Notes: generated by a model from the sequence alone, not told the origin. 60,993 bases of DNA, filler included, from Deltaproteobacteria bacterium (GCA_016202395.1; 5 parts of 5 records of this genome joined end to end with filler, not necessarily neighbours in it); one strand, 5' to 3'; shown: positions 34,410 to 43,528, counted from the first letter of the whole stretch. A program made the numbers and translations.

Positions 34410-35018
34410 ATGGAAATGATGAGAGAAAAGATGGAAATGGCGTTAGGGTGGTTTCGAGAAGGAGACACAAAACCGGAGTTTGTTTGTTCTACGCGCGATT
34501 CCTTCCAAGGGCGATTGGATTCCATGTATCGGAATTTTTCCAAAAAGGTCAAGAAAGAGGATGAAGTGGCTCTTCTCACAGCGATTGTGGGGGAGATCGG
34601 AAATAACTGCTTCGATCATAATTTAGGTCAATGGAGAGGAGTGGCCGGATGCTATTTTCAGCATGAGATCGAGCAAGATTTAGTAGGGGTTTGGGTTGCC
34701 GATCGAGGGCAAGGGGTTCTTTCTTCGCTCCGTCAAACCGTAATTTCTCTAAAGGATGATGAGGAGGCTTTAGAGATAGCCTTCCATCAAAGGCTTTCGG
34801 GGAGAAGCCCTGAAAAAAGAGGGAACGGTTTGAAATTTGTCCGCAGCGTTATTAATGGCAATGATCATCGAGGGCTATTGTTTATTTCAGGAAAAGCCTT
34901 TCGATTATTCGGTGGTTTGAGTTCAAGCCTTAAAATGATTTTAGGCAAAGGTCCCGTTCATGGAACAGGGACGTTTGCCCTGATTTTGTGGAGAATCGAA
35001 CATGAAAATAGAGATTAA
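34410..35018 (+). CDS. GHKL/HATPase_c-like ATP-binding protein
   Basis: EIGNNCFDH (N box), ADRGQG (G1), RGNGL (G2), GT (G3); no HisKA domain seen. Confidence 0.8.
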   Translation: MEMMREKMEMALGWFREGDTKPEFVCSTRDSFQGRLDSMYRNFSKKVKKEDEVALLTAIVGEIGNNCFDHNLGQWRGVAGCYFQHEIEQDLVGVWVADRGQGVLSSLRQTVISLKDDEEALEIAFHQRLSGRSPEKRGNGLKFVRSVINGNDHRGLLFISGKAFRLFGGLSSSLKMILGKGPVHGTGTFALILWRIEHENRD

Positions 35019-35268
35019 AAAGTTTGGAACGATTTTGACCTCTCGGCCCGCGGGGCGAGAGGCTGCTTTGATTGCGAAGTCCTATTTGAAGCCCAAAGAC
35101 TCAGGAGAGAAAATGGAGTTGGATTTTTCGGGCGTTAAAGTGATGACCCCTTCCTGGTTGGATGAATTTTTACAAGGTTTGAGTGAGGCCTATGGAGATC
35201 GCGTTGTTTGTCTCCCCTCCGAAAATGTTACAGTGATGGAATCCCTCAAAGCCCTCGAGGAGCCTTAG
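35002..35268 (+). CDS. STAS-like (DUF4325-type) protein
   Basis: LTSRPAGRE, LDFSGVKVMTPSWLDEF. Confidence 0.8.
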   Translation: MKIEIKKFGTILTSRPAGREAALIAKSYLKPKDSGEKMELDFSGVKVMTPSWLDEFLQGLSEAYGDRVVCLPSENVTVMESLKALEEP

Positions 35269-35345
35269 TTTTTAGAGGTGCCCTTAAGACGCAATCCGAA
35301 GCTTGACAAGTTTGGATGGGGGTTGGTAGTGTGCCAAACAAGCCT

Positions 35346-35633
35346 ATGAAAAAGGGTCTCCAAAAAATTTGTGGGGCTATTGTTTGTTTAGGAATTATCT
35401 ATTCTTGGCTGCTCATTCCCCATCATCATGAGAAAGGGCTCTCTTCAAGGGGCTTTCTCCATTGTGCTGTTTGTCAGCTTGGGGTTTCCCATTCTTTTAT
35501 CCCACAAGATCCTGATTCCAACCAACTCAAAGTATTTTTTGAGAGTGAAACCCTCCTCTCTTTTTCAGAAAAATCTCCTTTCAGTGATTTTTCTTCTCTT
35601 TCCGATCTGCGCGCCCCTCCTTCTTCTTGCTGA
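35346..35633 (+). CDS. DUF2946-like leader peptide (TM, HHH, CxxC, C-terminal RAPP)
   Basis: Hydrophobic N-terminus, PHHHE, HCAVCQ, LRAPPSSC*; downstream of TTGACA-N18-TAGTGT (35303-35332). Confidence 0.75.
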   Translation: MKKGLQKICGAIVCLGIIYSWLLIPHHHEKGLSSRGFLHCAVCQLGVSHSFIPQDPDSNQLKVFFESETLLSFSEKSPFSDFSSLSDLRAPPSSC

Positions 35634-35679
35634 TTCCAGCCTGTTTTATATCTCACAACATTTGCAGGAGGTTTTCGCA

Positions 35680-36750
35680 ATGCGAATCGCCTTTTTTTCA
35701 TTATTTTTATTTATTTGCGCTTCGGCTTATGCCCAATCTGGCGCCACACGGCAAGGATTACAATCCTTTAATCCCGAGATCAGTTTATTGGCCGACATTG
35801 CGGCATTTCTTTCCGAATCGGAGGAGGATGCCGAGGGGAATGACAAAATCAGTGTTCGAGAGATCGAACTTATTTTTGGGCACGATATTGATCCTTATTC
35901 TCGGTTTGATAGCACCATCACTCTATCCGATTTTGAGGAGGTCAATATTGAAGAGGCCTACATCACCCATTGGGGGATTCCATTAGGGATTAAAGGGCGT
36001 TTGGGGCGAATACGCCCCAAAATGGGTAAGGTCTCGGCTAGCCATCGGGATCAGCTCGACACTGCGGACGAGCCGTTGGTCGTCCAGAGCTATTTAGGGG
36101 CTGAGGGGCTTTTTCGAACCGGGTTGGAGCTGTCGCGGATCTTTCCATCGGTCTCAGATTCGCTCGTTCATGAAATAACTGCGGGGATTTTAGAAGGTGG
36201 AATTGGGGAAGGGGGAACTCTTTTTGGGGGGACCCGTCGTCGTCCTTCATTTTACGCTCATCTCAAGAATTTCTGGGAGATCTCCGATTCTTCCAGTTTG
36301 GAATTGGGAGGAACTTACCTTTTGGGTTCCAAAGATGGGGATGCTCGGTATGAAGTAAACGCCCTTGGGGCTGATCTCACCTGGATTTATTATCCCACCC
36401 CCGTCAACAAATTCAAATGGCAGAGCGAACTGTATTGGCAGGATCGAGATGAGACCGAGGAGGGCTTGGATCGTCATCCCCTCGGATTTTATTCGTTAGC
36501 GGATTTTCGTTTGTCGCCAAGGTTCGGTGTAGGGGTTCGAGGGGATTATGTGGAGCCGATTGACCTTGCTCCTGAAGCGGAGCGGGATGCCGACACCGCG
36601 GTGAGTGGCTATCTCACTTTTTACCAAAGTGAGTTTTCGAGATGGAGATTTCAATATGAGAACGCTCGGCTAGCCGATGGTATCAATGACGATCGATTCT
36701 TTTTACAAGGGACCTTCGTCATTGGCGTTCACAAACATCAACTTCAATAA
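35680..36750 (+). CDS. Outer-membrane beta-barrel associated with metal uptake
   Basis: AGGAGG then ATG 35680; signal peptide AYA; NPEIS, IDPY, EEAY, SEFSRWRFQY, C-terminal GVHKH. Confidence 0.75.
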   Translation: MRIAFFSLFLFICASAYAQSGATRQGLQSFNPEISLLADIAAFLSESEEDAEGNDKISVREIELIFGHDIDPYSRFDSTITLSDFEEVNIEEAYITHWGIPLGIKGRLGRIRPKMGKVSASHRDQLDTADEPLVVQSYLGAEGLFRTGLELSRIFPSVSDSLVHEITAGILEGGIGEGGTLFGGTRRRPSFYAHLKNFWEISDSSSLELGGTYLLGSKDGDARYEVNALGADLTWIYYPTPVNKFKWQSELYWQDRDETEEGLDRHPLGFYSLADFRLSPRFGVGVRGDYVEPIDLAPEAERDADTAVSGYLTFYQSEFSRWRFQYENARLADGINDDRFFLQGTFVIGVHKHQLQ

Positions 36751-36758
36751 ATTCAATT

Positions 36759-36794
36759 CCTTCTCCCCTTTGGGGAGAAGGTTAGGATGAGGGG
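36759..36794. repeat. REP-like element CCTTCTCCCC-TTT-GGGGAGAAGG..AGGATGAGGGG
   Basis: 10-bp perfect hairpin plus purine tail, intergenic. Confidence 0.7.
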
Positions 36795-36799
36795 TTATC

Positions 36800-37699
36800 A
36801 TGAAACGCTTTATTTTATTTCTCAGCTTTTTCTTTTCCGGAATTTTACCAGCGCAGGCACAACTGAAAGTTGTGACGACACTCTCGACCTTTGCCGATCT
36901 TGCGAAACAAGTAGGAGGGGGTCCTGTAGAGGTTTCCTACATTGCTTCTCCAAAATTTGATCCCCATTTTATCGAACCGAAGCCAAGCGATGTGCTGAAG
37001 GTCAAAAGGGCCGATCTCTTTATCCATGCCGGATTGGACTTGGAGCTTTGGCGCTACCCTTTGGTCGATGCAGCAGGAAAGTCGGAGCTTCGTCCCGGAG
37101 GATCCAGAGAACTCGATCTTTCCAGAGGGATTGGGCTCTTACAAGTTCCAACTCAGGCCTTGACGCGGGCTTCCGGGGACGTTCATCTTTATGGGAATCC
37201 TCACTACTGGCTCAATCCCGAGAATGCGAAGATCATGGCTCGATCCATTGCGGAAAAGCTTTCTCAAATCGATCCGGACCATGAAGCCGATTACCAAAAA
37301 AATCTTCAAGAATTTGTGGATCGATTGGATCAAAAAATTTCAGAATGGAGAAAAATAGCGGAATCTGTTCAAAATACGGAGGTTGTGGCTTATCATAACT
37401 CCTGGCCTTATTTAGCGCAGTTTTTGGGGATTCGCGTTGAGCAATTCTTGGAACCCAAGCCAGGAATTCCTCCAACTCCAAAACAGATCGGATTTTTGGA
37501 AAACTACATCCAGAAACGGGGGATTCAAGGGATTATTCAAGAAACCTTTTATCCCAAATCGGCCTCGGAGCCATTGGCCAAAAGAGCAGGGGCTCAAGTC
37601 GTTCCGCTCTGTCAAAATGTGGGGGAGCTTCCTCAAGCCATCGATTATATCTCAATGATCGGCTATAATGTGGACCAATTACTTACGGTTTTAAGATGA
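36800..37699 (+). CDS. Zn/Mn ABC transporter substrate-binding protein (ZnuA/TroA family)
   Basis: DPHFIEPKPSD, GDVHLYGNPHYWLNP, YHNSW, EPKPGIPPT. Confidence 0.92.
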   Translation: MKRFILFLSFFFSGILPAQAQLKVVTTLSTFADLAKQVGGGPVEVSYIASPKFDPHFIEPKPSDVLKVKRADLFIHAGLDLELWRYPLVDAAGKSELRPGGSRELDLSRGIGLLQVPTQALTRASGDVHLYGNPHYWLNPENAKIMARSIAEKLSQIDPDHEADYQKNLQEFVDRLDQKISEWRKIAESVQNTEVVAYHNSWPYLAQFLGIRVEQFLEPKPGIPPTPKQIGFLENYIQKRGIQGIIQETFYPKSASEPLAKRAGAQVVPLCQNVGELPQAIDYISMIGYNVDQLLTVLR

Positions 37700-37876
37700 G
37701 GGCACCTCTAAAAACTATCTTCTACTGCAAAATCATGCTCTGGCCTGCGACTACGTCGGACTTCACAAAAAGTCCTCAACGTACCTTCCAGGTACGTTTC
37801 CGGGCTTTTTGCTCATCCTCCTTGTCTCGGCTCAGATCCTGATTTTTCGCGACGAACATAGTTTTTAGAGGTGCCC
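37700..37876. mobile_element. MITE family A, complete 177-bp copy
   Basis: Perfect 19-bp terminal inverted repeats GGGCACCTCTAAAAACTAT; ATGA duplicated on both flanks. Confidence 0.93.
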
Positions 37877-37908
37877 ATGAAAAATTTCATTCTGTTCTTG
37901 GAGGTTCG

Positions 37909-38724
37909 ATGTCAGATTTTTTAGCGCTGATGATGAAACCGTTGGTGGCGTGTTTGATTCTTACGGGGATTCATGCCTATTTGGGCCTGCATGTGATCGA
38001 GCGGGGGATCATCTTCGTCGATCTTGCATTGGCACAGGTGGCTGCTTTTGGAGCCACCGTCGGTTTTTTGTTGGGATTCGGCTTGCATTCCACAGAAAGT
38101 TATTTTGTCGCTTTGGGATTTACTCTGATTGGAGCAGCCGTTTTTGCGGCGACTCGGTTTCGAAAGCCATTGGTTCCGCAAGAGGCTCTCATCGGAATTG
38201 TTTATGCCGTAGCGGCGGCTGCCTCTATTTTAGTTTTGAGTCGAGCTCCTTCCAGTGGGGAAGAGCTCAAGTCCCTTTTAGTGGGGCACCTTCTTTTTGT
38301 CGATGGAGCCGAGATTATTAAAACGGCAATTTTATATAGCCTCATTGGTGTCATCCACTGGAAAGCGCGCCATCGATTCCTCACGATCTCTCAGCATCCA
38401 GAGCAGGCTTTTCAAAAAGGGTGGAGCGTTCGCGCTTGGGATTTTCTTTTTTATGCCACGTTTGGGTTCGTGGTGACCAGTTCTGTGGAAATGGCTGGAG
38501 TTCTTTTGGTTTTTTCGTTTCTCGTGGTTCCGGCAGTTTGCGCAGTCCTTCTGGCCGAATCGATTCGCGCCCGTTTGATTCTCGGATGGGTCATTGGGGT
38601 GTTAACGAGCACAGCAGGAATAGCGCTTTCCTACCATTACGATCTCCCCACGGGAGCAACGGTGGTTTGTACTTTTGGTCTTGCGCTTGTTGTTGCGTTC
38701 GTAATACGAACCGTTAGATCTTAG
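37909..38724 (+). CDS. Metal ABC transporter permease (ZnuB/ABC-3 family)
   Basis: YLGLHVIERGIIFVDLALAQ, EALIGI, GVLLVFSFLVVPA, DLPTGATVV. Confidence 0.92.
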   Translation: MSDFLALMMKPLVACLILTGIHAYLGLHVIERGIIFVDLALAQVAAFGATVGFLLGFGLHSTESYFVALGFTLIGAAVFAATRFRKPLVPQEALIGIVYAVAAAASILVLSRAPSSGEELKSLLVGHLLFVDGAEIIKTAILYSLIGVIHWKARHRFLTISQHPEQAFQKGWSVRAWDFLFYATFGFVVTSSVEMAGVLLVFSFLVVPAVCAVLLAESIRARLILGWVIGVLTSTAGIALSYHYDLPTGATVVCTFGLALVVAFVIRTVRS

Positions 38725-38730
38725 ATTGAT

Positions 38731-39582
38731 TTGCCTGTGATGAACATTATTGATTTTCATACCCATCTTTTTCCAGATCGGCTCTATGACGCTGTTTGGA
38801 AATGGTTTGAGAATTTCGCTTGGCCGATCGAATACAAGAAATATGTGGGGGAATTGATCCCAATCTTAAAGAAAGAAGGGGTCACACGCTGTGTATCTCT
38901 TCATTATCCTCATAAGCCTGGGATGGCCCGTTTTTTGAACGAATGGGCTTATCAGTTGGGGGAGCGATATCCTGATTTTGTGATTCCATTTGGCTCCGTT
39001 CATCCGGATGATGAAGATAAAGAGGATATTTTAAAAGAATGCTTCGAGAGATTTCAATTCAAAGGGCTCAAAATCCATTGTCATGTGGAGCAAGTGTCTC
39101 CGGACGATTCTCGAATGGATTCTATCTACAAAATGTGTGAGGAATACGATCGAATTCTGCTGATTCATTGCGGGACAGGGCCTCATTTCAAAGAGTTTGC
39201 CGTGAATGGCTACGGTTATGATGTGACCCAGGTCAGTGGCGTGGAGCGATTCGAAAAAGCGGTAAAAAAATTTCCAAGGCTTCGGTTTATAGTGCCCCAT
39301 TTAGGGTTTGAAGAAATGGGGGCCTTTGTTCATCTTTTAAAGGATTATCCGAACCTTTACTTGGACACGACCATGACCCTGCCTAATTTTTTCCCTGTCG
39401 GAGTGGATCGAGAATGGTTCCTCAAATACCCAGATCGGATTTTGTTCGGCACCGATTTTCCAAATATTCCGTATGAGTGGAAGAAGGAAAAAGAAGGGTT
39501 AGAAAGATTGAATTTAGGCAAAGAGATCGAAACTAAAGTTTTGTGCAAGAATGCTATTAAACTATTGGGCCTCTCTTTATGA
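38731..39582 (+). CDS. Amidohydrolase family protein (Amidohydro_2-like)
   Basis: IDFHTH, GSVHP, GLKIH, PHLG, RILFGTDFP. Confidence 0.9.
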   Translation: MPVMNIIDFHTHLFPDRLYDAVWKWFENFAWPIEYKKYVGELIPILKKEGVTRCVSLHYPHKPGMARFLNEWAYQLGERYPDFVIPFGSVHPDDEDKEDILKECFERFQFKGLKIHCHVEQVSPDDSRMDSIYKMCEEYDRILLIHCGTGPHFKEFAVNGYGYDVTQVSGVERFEKAVKKFPRLRFIVPHLGFEEMGAFVHLLKDYPNLYLDTTMTLPNFFPVGVDREWFLKYPDRILFGTDFPNIPYEWKKEKEGLERLNLGKEIETKVLCKNAIKLLGLSL

Positions 39583-40097
39583 TACTTGAATCCGGTTGGC
39601 AATATCGAATTCCTCTCTATGTGGTCTTTGGAATCAGTTGCGAAGTTTTGTTTACAGCCGTTGCCAACCTCATCCATCCCAATTTTTTGAAATCATGGAA
39701 CGCCTTCGGGAAGGAGTTTTCTAAAGAGCCCCCCTCTTGGCGTTCTTCAAAACGAGATCCTCGTGCTGTCGGATACAGCTTCCTTTGGATGATCCCCATC
39801 TATTCTCTTCTTGTTTTTATGGAGCCCATGAGCCGCATCTTCTCTAGCATTCCGTTGTTGCTGCGAGGCTCCATCTATGTTCTCATCGTTTGGATCGTGG
39901 AATACACCAGTGGTTTTTTAATCAAGGCCATCTCGGGGCGTTGCCCGTGGGACTATTCTCATTCTCATTGGAATTTTCACGGGTTCATCCGGTGGGATTT
40001 CTTCCCATTCTGGTTCTCTTTTATGCTTTTGGCCGAGTGGTTCAGCCAAAAGTTGATTCTACTCACGCCGGCGATTGAGCGCGTGTTCGCCTCTTAG
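39579..40097 (+). CDS. Small membrane protein, CmpB/TMEM229-like
   Basis: GYSFLWMIPIY, EYTSG, CPWDYS. Confidence 0.65.
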   Translation: MILESGWQYRIPLYVVFGISCEVLFTAVANLIHPNFLKSWNAFGKEFSKEPPSWRSSKRDPRAVGYSFLWMIPIYSLLVFMEPMSRIFSSIPLLLRGSIYVLIVWIVEYTSGFLIKAISGRCPWDYSHSHWNFHGFIRWDFFPFWFSFMLLAEWFSQKLILLTPAIERVFAS

Positions 40098-41636
40098 AGC
40101 GGCTCGCTTTAGCTTCCCATTGTGAGTTTTAGGAATGGATTCCAAAAAGACGATCTCCCGGGGCACCTTGTATCGAGCGAGCTTTGCAGAGGTAAATTGA
40201 AGAATTCGATCACGAATGACGTCACTCGCATCGGCGCCTGTGGCTGGAACAACAAAAGCCTTCACGATCGATTTCCCTTTCTCGACCTCCGCCCCAATGA
40301 CAGCCGATTCCGCGACATCGGGGGATTGATTCAAAACGGCTTCAACCTCCGTGGGCGAGATTCGGTAGCCTCCCGCCGTGATCACATCGTCCCGTCGTCC
40401 CAGGAAATAGAAGTTTCCCTCTGCGTCCCGCTTCGCGGTGTCATCACTCAAAAACCAATCCTCGGTGAGAACCCTTTTCTCCTCTTCCGGCCGATTGTGA
40501 TAACCGAGCATCAGCCCTGGACAAGACCGATGAGAGGCTAAAATCCCCGCTTCGCCCGGTGGGGCCTCGGTAAGATTCTCTCGAAGGATTGTCACTCGGT
40601 GCTCTGGCAAAGTGGAGCCGCACGAGCCGGCCACCGGTTTCTCTCCATAACGTTGGATAAGATAGACGCTGTGTTCCGTCATTCCTAATCCCTCATAGAT
40701 CTGCAAGCCGGTCCGTTTTCGAAATCGCTGACGTGTTTCTTTGGGAATTTTTTCCCCAGCACTTAAAGCGACTCGAACCCTTCCAAAACCTTCCTCCTTC
40801 TTTTCTTCCAGGTATCGAACGAGCCTTCGATAGATTCCAGGCACGCTCATGAACACAGTGACTTCGCATTCTTGTATAACGCGATAGATATTTTCCGGTT
40901 GGAGTGGACCGTTGTAGACGACAGCGGTGGCTCCCTGTCGCAGAATATCGAGCCATCCACAAGTGAGGCCATAAGACCAATTCAGATCGCTCGTATTGAA
41001 TGCAATGTCGGTTTGATAAAGGTTTTGCCAAAGCCGAACTCGAGCGTCGTGGGCTGGAATAGAGCGATGAGCGTGAATCACCCCTTTGGGTTCTTTCTCG
41101 GTTCCACTCGTATAGAGCCAGTAAGCGGGATCCTCCGCTTGGGTTGTTCTGGGTTTAAAAAATTGGATCGCGCGTTTTATCAACGTTTCATAGTGGTAAG
41201 CGCCTAGAGGAAGGGCATTTTTATTTTTGGCCACGACAATGATTTTGGGTAAGATCTTGGAGTTGGGAAGAAGCTCCAGAGTTGTCACAAGCCCCACAGC
41301 CCCGCTATCGTTAACCAAAAACTCTAGTTCGTATTCCGTCAAAAGGGGAGATGTTGGAACTGGAATGACCCCTGCTCTCATGGCTCCAAAGAATGCCACT
41401 GCAAATTCTATTCTGTTGGGGAGTCGAAGGAGAAGTCGGTCCCCTGGTTTAATAGCCACATCTAAAAGGGCGTTAGCAAAGCGGTGGCTTTGCTTTGAGA
41501 GTTCACCATAGGTGATTTGTTTAATCTCGGGTTCCGAGCCATTCCATTGGACGTCCCTCATAGCCGTTTTCTCGGTTATGGATTGGACCTGTTTGTCCAC
41601 GCAATCAACCGCGATGTTATAATGGGAAGATTCCAT
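40059..41636 (-). CDS. Acyl-CoA synthetase (AMP-forming)
   Basis: LYTSGT..PKG, EGLGMTE, GRRDDVI, KVPREIVF, PKTHNGK. Confidence 0.9.
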   Translation of the reverse strand: MESSHYNIAVDCVDKQVQSITEKTAMRDVQWNGSEPEIKQITYGELSKQSHRFANALLDVAIKPGDRLLLRLPNRIEFAVAFFGAMRAGVIPVPTSPLLTEYELEFLVNDSGAVGLVTTLELLPNSKILPKIIVVAKNKNALPLGAYHYETLIKRAIQFFKPRTTQAEDPAYWLYTSGTEKEPKGVIHAHRSIPAHDARVRLWQNLYQTDIAFNTSDLNWSYGLTCGWLDILRQGATAVVYNGPLQPENIYRVIQECEVTVFMSVPGIYRRLVRYLEEKKEEGFGRVRVALSAGEKIPKETRQRFRKRTGLQIYEGLGMTEHSVYLIQRYGEKPVAGSCGSTLPEHRVTILRENLTEAPPGEAGILASHRSCPGLMLGYHNRPEEEKRVLTEDWFLSDDTAKRDAEGNFYFLGRRDDVITAGGYRISPTEVEAVLNQSPDVAESAVIGAEVEKGKSIVKAFVVPATGADASDVIRDRILQFTSAKLARYKVPREIVFLESIPKTHNGKLKRAALRGEHALNRRRE

Positions 41637-41657
41637 ACATTTGCTAAAATATCACTG

Positions 41658-41718
41658 GATCCTTCGTCCTGCATAGCAGGACTCAGGATGATCTAGCGGA
41701 ATCAACTCCGCTAGATCA
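41658..41718. repeat. REP-like unit (GATCCTTCG..CTCAGGATGA) joined to a 12-bp perfect hairpin
   Basis: GTCCTGC-ATA-GCAGGAC and TGATCTAGCGGA-N6-TCCGCTAGATCA between divergent genes. Confidence 0.55.
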
Positions 41719-41788
41719 ATTTACAGGTTTAATGTGTAAAATCAAGAGGTCTTGACAAAATATTAAAAAATCGTAGTTTGGTCTTCTC

Positions 41789-43528
41789 ATGAACGTTCTC
41801 GCTTTTTTAATTCCAGCGATCCTTTTTTATGGGTTTGGATACTTTGTCTATTCCCGTTGGATAGAACGAAAGTGGGGAATGGATCCGAGTCGAGCCACCC
41901 CTGCCACCACGATGGCCGACGGACGAGACTATGTTCCCACCAAACCGCACGTGTTGTTCGCTCATCATTTTGCCACGATCGCGGGGGCGGGTCCGATTGT
42001 GGGACCGGCGACAGCGCTGATCTACGGAGCCCTTCCGGCCTGGCTTTGGGTCGTTTTAGGAGGAGTCTTTATCGGAGCAGTTCACGATTTTGCAACCCTC
42101 TTTTCCTCCATTCGCAATCGGGGCCGAAGCATGGCGGAGATTGCTCGAGAGCATCTCGGAACCTCGGCCTTTATTCTTTTTATCCTTTTCCTCATTCTCC
42201 TAATCGTTGTGGTCAATGCCGTTTTTCTCCAACTCACGGCAAAATCACTCACCTCCCTTTGGCCGATTGTGAAGTTAAGTCTTCCCGAGTCTCAAACGGT
42301 TTTTAATGCTGTGGAGGTCCACGGTGTTTTGAATGCCAGGATCGGAGGAATCGCCTCGACCTCTGTCATCCTTCTTACCTTCGCGGCGCCATTTTTGGGG
42401 ATCGCCATTTATAAAAAAGGGCTCCCCATGCGATGGGCCTATCCCATCGGAACGGTGGTTGCCTGTATTTCAATCCTCGCGGGGTTTTACCACCCCGTGA
42501 CGCTCGATGCTGAAACTTGGCAGAAGGTTTTTTCGGTTTATGTTTTTATCGCCGCAGGTGTCCCTGTTTGGGTGATTTTGCAGCCGCGTGATTTTATGAA
42601 TGTGCAGATTCTCTATGGAGGTCTTCTTTTGTTAGTGCTTGCATTATTTGCGGCGGGGCTCCAAGGGGTTGGAATCAATGCCCCTCTTGAAAATATTCGA
42701 ACCGGCTCCCATACGCCGTTGGGTTCTCTTTGGCCCGGTCTTTTTATTACCATTGCCTGCGGCGCGATCTCGGGGTTTCATGGAATTGTAGCTAGTGGTG
42801 TGACCTCCAAGCAGATTACGAATGAGCGATACGCCCGAAAAGTGGGCTATCTAGCGATGTTGGGGGAATCCACGTTGGGGCTTTGTGTCATGTTAGCGAT
42901 TAGCGCAGGGATCGTTTATTCCGATTATCTTCAGGCGGTTTGGCCTGAGAACCCGCAGGATTCTAATCCGGTGCTCGGTTTTGCGTTAGGGGCGGCGGGG
43001 ATCTTCGAAAAAGGATTTGGAATTCCGATGTGGCTCGGTGTTGTCTTTGGGATTCTCTTGGTCGAAGGATTTGTGATCACCACACTGGACACCTCGGTCC
43101 GATTGAATCGTTATCTCTTTGAGGAGCTTTGGCGCGCCTCTTTCCGTGAGAAAATTCCACGGCCCCTGATGAACCCTTGGTTCAATGGAGGGCTTGCGGT
43201 TCTCTGCATGTGGGTTGTGGCTAAAAGTGGCGTGTGGGTTAAAATCTGGGCCTTATTTGGCTCAGCGAATCAACTCTTAGGAGCGCTTTCACTTCTTGTC
43301 GTCACCCTTTGGCTTCGAGTGATCCGACGCCCGACCCTTTACACGCTTGTTCCTTGTGTGGCTTTATGTGTGACCACCCTCTGGTCGTTGGTTCGACTCC
43401 TCCCTCGCTACATCGCCGATCAGTTGTGGACATTGGCTACATTCGATGCCTTTTTACTCCTTCTGTCCTTGAGTCTCATCCTCATCAGTTTCACCCGCGC
43501 ATTTTTCAAAAGAGCCAGGAGGCCATAA
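41789..43528 (+). CDS. cstA: Carbon starvation protein A (peptide/pyruvate transporter)
   Basis: DGRDYVPT, HHFATIAGAGPIVGP, GAVHDF, QPRD, ITIACGAISGFH, LFGSANQL. Confidence 0.95.
   Translation: MNVLAFLIPAILFYGFGYFVYSRWIERKWGMDPSRATPATTMADGRDYVPTKPHVLFAHHFATIAGAGPIVGPATALIYGALPAWLWVVLGGVFIGAVHDFATLFSSIRNRGRSMAEIAREHLGTSAFILFILFLILLIVVVNAVFLQLTAKSLTSLWPIVKLSLPESQTVFNAVEVHGVLNARIGGIASTSVILLTFAAPFLGIAIYKKGLPMRWAYPIGTVVACISILAGFYHPVTLDAETWQKVFSVYVFIAAGVPVWVILQPRDFMNVQILYGGLLLLVLALFAAGLQGVGINAPLENIRTGSHTPLGSLWPGLFITIACGAISGFHGIVASGVTSKQITNERYARKVGYLAMLGESTLGLCVMLAISAGIVYSDYLQAVWPENPQDSNPVLGFALGAAGIFEKGFGIPMWLGVVFGILLVEGFVITTLDTSVRLNRYLFEELWRASFREKIPRPLMNPWFNGGLAVLCMWVVAKSGVWVKIWALFGSANQLLGALSLLVVTLWLRVIRRPTLYTLVPCVALCVTTLWSLVRLLPRYIADQLWTLATFDAFLLLLSLSLILISFTRAFFKRARRP

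Larger units (their letters stand above)
34305..35283. mobile_element. Non-autonomous cargo element bounded by family A MITE ends
   Basis: Left 29 bp match MITE A end 27/29; right 18 bp identical to MITE A end; TTAA on both flanks. Confidence 0.8.

Noticed and set aside
35428-35679. 84-codon extension of the outer-membrane protein
   Set aside because: SD and signal peptide indicate ATG 35680; the region is better explained by the RAPP leader in another frame.
40059-40097. 39-bp convergent overlap of two genes
   Set aside because: Short 3' overlaps are common; no sign of special function.
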